DNA from: Eledone cirrhosa
Lineage: Eukaryota
DNA: 64,000 nucleotides
Direction: 5' to 3'
Assembly: GCA_964016885.1 (NCBI GenBank)
Contig: OZ024742.1
Span: 213,900,001 to 213,964,000 of the forward strand
Of the stretch, positions 59,882-64,000 are shown one piece after another; positions within the stretch are counted from its first letter, which is position 1, and the number at the start of each line of letters is the position of its first letter. The notes beneath the pieces were generated by a model. The model did no database searches, had not been told where the DNA came from, and was given only the letters and a program-made list of their open reading frames with translations. The position numbers were made by a program, and so were the translations under genes.

Positions 59882-60068
59882 TGATTGGCAGCATCGGTAG
59901 AGTATCGGTCGCCATGCTTTGACGCATAGAGTTACGGCCCTTACCATTCTGAGTTCAAATCCCGCCGAGGTTAACTTTGCCTTTCATCCTTACGGGGTCG
60001 ATAAAATAAAGTACCAGTAATGCACTGGCTAATTGCTGGCCTTGTGCCAAAAGTAGAAACAATTATTA
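59882..60068 (+). mobile_element. Family A SINE
   Basis: Full head, core and tail. Confidence 0.85.
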
Positions 60069-60368
60069 CTATCTATATCTAGCCCTTACATTTTATCACA
60101 ATTGTACATATATACATATTAACATTTTGAGTGCAAAATCAGATTTGGAAGGATAAATATTGGAATTGAGTGCTTGAGCCTTTTACATGATTATTTACTG
60201 ATTGTAGTGTTGCAAACAGAACCCTCATTAGTCGACATCTTATATCGGTAGGTGGTACTGAGTGGGTTTTGAAACGTTGATAATTCTAATATAGAAACTG
60301 AAACTGGAAAATAGTCGTGATTACTACAGGTCTCTCGCTGTCCAACTCTCTCTCCCTCCCATCTCTCT

Positions 60369-60412
<44 letters not shown>

Positions 60413-60604
60413 ATAATAATAAAATTGAAGACTAAAATCCAAAGAGGGCTCGATAAGGAAAATATATATCAAATATATAAGAACCGTAGAGCAAATATTT
60501 ATTAAATACTTCTGTATTGTATTTATTAAATACTTCTGTATTGTATTTATTTACTTTGTTCTTAACTCTGTAGCGGACATTCGTTCGGTCTCCTAGTTAG
60601 AATT

Positions 60605-60853
60605 TTAGTCTACGACTTCAGCTATACCATTTACGTGATTTTGTCTTTGCGTGCTATTGTTCTCCACGCTCCACATATGACTTATTATGTTCGTTTTTTC
60701 GTTCATTGCCAGAGAAGGTCTCTATGCACCACCTAAGAGAACATTAGTCTACGACCTCTTTTATACCATAAACGTGGTTCTGTCTTTGCGCGTAATTGTT
60801 TTTCACCGCTCCTATTAATGACGTATTATTCGTTTTTTCCCGTTCTTTGCCAG
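60605..60853. repeat. Diverged tandem duplication (~140-bp period)
   Basis: Units begin TTAGTCTACGAC (60605 and ~60744) and both reach TTGCCAG. Confidence 0.8.
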
Positions 60854-61017
60854 CGAACGTTACCACGAACCAAAGTATCGTCTTCCTGTCTTCCTCCGGT
60901 TGCAACGTTTTTTGAAATATCCAGTTCTGCGTTTACAGATTGACTTTGTTAGTTTCAGAAGATCCCGTTAAGGGTGAAAGCAGCGATTCTTTGCTTAAAC
61001 TTTAATCTGTTATTTTA

Positions 61018-61682
<665 letters not shown>

Positions 61683-62216
61683 CATATATATACATACGCT
61701 TAAACACACACTGGTTCAATGTAGACACATGTTATATCATAAATAGGCATGTGTGTAATAGACACACACATATATATATATGGATTTTGAAGATTATAAA
61801 TAATCCACAACTCGCAATCACCACGTAATGCGATGACCTGATTTGTATGCTGAATGGAAATACTGCTCAATCTAGGGACTATTCACATATATTCCTTTAG
61901 TAGTGAGAATAATCGGGCCAACAATAATGCGTTGAACTGGAACATGCAATCGTACAATATGCTGAAAATAAACAAAGAAATAATTCAGTTGTATAAAATT
62001 CGGCTATTGTGTTGCGGCTGTTTCAAATTTTTCACTGAATAATTTCGTTATTTACACCCTCCCACACACACACACATACACACAGATACACACACGCACA
62101 CAGACATAGACTCACACACACTCACACACATACACCAACACACATATCTGTCTATCTAACTATCTGTCCTTCTATCTATCCATCTCTCTCTCCCTCTCTT
62201 TCATTTCTCTCTCCGT

Positions 62217-62287
<71 letters not shown>

Positions 62288-62385
62288 ATATATATATATA
62301 CACGTATATATATATATATTGCTCTGATTATTTAATTTATTAATTCATCATTGAGCCACATCGTGAATGGTTGCCAAAACAAAAA

Positions 62386-62992
62386 CATATATATCTGTGA
62401 CTTTGTCTAGTTTGTGTATATGTAAATCTTTATATTTAATAATCTCCCATTAGGTTGAGATGCAATTTGGGCAATGTTGGGCTGCGCTTTCTAGCAACCA
62501 GCCCACTCGCTGTAAGCAACCAATCACATTCTTTCTGACTTGACCACTGCACATCACAATTCTTAGCCATTTTGAATTTGTTTCTGGCGGGGATCACTTT
62601 AGAAAATTACTTGTCCAATGAGTTTGTTTCCTGATGAGTTCGAAGCTCGAGATTTTATCCTTAATAGGATATTTCCAAATGCAAACGAACCCGAGGATAG
62701 AAACATAATCCTGGTAGTTGTATATTCATTTCTTCTAACTTTAATTTTATATCTAATTGTGTATGGTTGACGGTATATTTAGTCGATTTCTACGTGCTGT
62801 TGAAATGTTGGGTAAATATTCTATGGCGGTTGGTCGCGAAGAGATTGCTGTCGTTTATTTATCTACTATTTCTTCATAGGTGCCTTTTAATCGTATAGCC
62901 TGGTCTAATTGATTTTTTATGTGGGTAATTATGCTAATTGGGAGAGGAAATGGTGTATATATATTATCAAATGATTCTATGGACATACTTTA
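62386..62992 (+). mobile_element. Diverged copy of the 43926-44520 element
   Basis: Colinear reverse-complement similarity along its length, including the CTGATGAG core. Confidence 0.75.
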
Positions 62993-62995
62993 TAG

Positions 62996-63026
<31 letters not shown>

Positions 63027-63158
63027 TTTATTTAATTATATAATAAACAACACAATACAATTATTCCATTTACCAAAGGTTTCACGAAGACAGGCGAGCT
63101 CAACAGAGACGTCTGAAATCGTTCATCACACACACACACACACGTACACACATATATA

Positions 63159-63207
<49 letters not shown>

Positions 63208-63327
63208 TATAGATATACATATATATATATACACAACGAAGGAGGTGTGGTAAGGAACAAGATGGACCATAACGCACCAGAGTACTCAATACTTAAGGTA
63301 GTAGAGTGGGTAATAGGAAAATGTTTA

Positions 63328-63423
63328 ACCCCGACGGCAGAGCTCAAGCCGTTTCGACGGCTATTTCTGGACTAAATTTGAATTTTTCGCGTGGTAAATA
63401 AATAGCTGAACTTTTCAAGGGGT
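63328..63423 (-). ncRNA. Type I hammerhead ribozyme, U3-A8 variant with full stem III
   Basis: ACCCC TTGAAAA G..GCTATTT..AAATAGC..C GAAA CGGC TTGAGCTCT GCC GTC| GGGGT; the element extends from 63235 towards the window end. Confidence 0.7.
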
Positions 63424-64000
63424 AATTCCTTATATGGGAAGATTTTAGTTGTGAAAAGGATTGGTCAAACTTTCTTGTAAACACAATCAAATCGTTCATG
63501 TCATTAGGTGGGGATGGCTGAACTTGCCTGTAGAACAATGAGGGAGTGGGCGGAGCCGGTCAAGCGTTGAAAGTGAGTTCTACACAGCAAATTCTAAGGA
63601 GTGTGTATAAAATTAGGCTAGTTAGGAAGCAGGCGAAAAAGGGTTCTGGAGGAATTAGAGAGGGGACGTTATAGAATAGTTTAATACATTGAGATTAAAA
63701 GATAATAAATAAATAAAAAAATATATAAAAATAATAAAATTGGATAGTAAAAAGTAAAAAAAAAATCGCTAGGGTCTAAAGCAGCTGCTATATTTAGTTG
63801 GTAGTGCGTTTTCGGCCAATGCTATATAATTTACTGGGGTGGGGGTTCTGAGGCTACAAAAGCCCGATGGGCTGCCTCGGGGTAGGCGAAAGAGGAAAAA
63901 GGAAAGGTAAGAGGAGCGAGAGTGGAGGAAAGTGACAGGAAGAGATAAAAGGAAGAAGGAAAGAAAAAGGAAAAGAAAAGAAATACATCTACCTATGTTA

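Noticed and set aside
60951-60990. HHR-like CAGAAGA TCCC..GGGT GAAA in the 22831/52314/60951 family
   Set aside because: U4 is replaced by A in both informative copies, and there is no NUH triplet or stem I pairing

Overview
Eukaryotic (animal) intergenic or intronic DNA, most likely an octopus/cephalopod genome. This is inferred from the very dense (TA)n/(CA)n/(CT)n microsatellites and the tRNA-derived SINE families. No host protein-coding exon is supported, and most listed ORFs are microsatellite artefacts. Recognisable coding remnants are all transposon-derived: three RTE-type LINE fragments plus a possible RTE 5' end, two copies of a Tx1/L1-clade LINE, two Penelope-like elements (one RT-bearing, one GIY-YIG-bearing) and a decayed Tigger/pogo transposase. 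There is also a hAT-like MITE and many SINE copies. The most striking signal is about 20 type I hammerhead-ribozyme (HHR) motifs from more than a dozen sequence-unrelated short elements. These elements sit in (TA)n tracts, are often followed by AATAAA, and several are arranged as near-perfect head-to-head palindromes. Junction positions and mutations shared between arms suggest fold-back or twin-primed retrotransposition of ribozyme-processed RNA. All folds and alignments were done by eye, so element boundaries are approximate.
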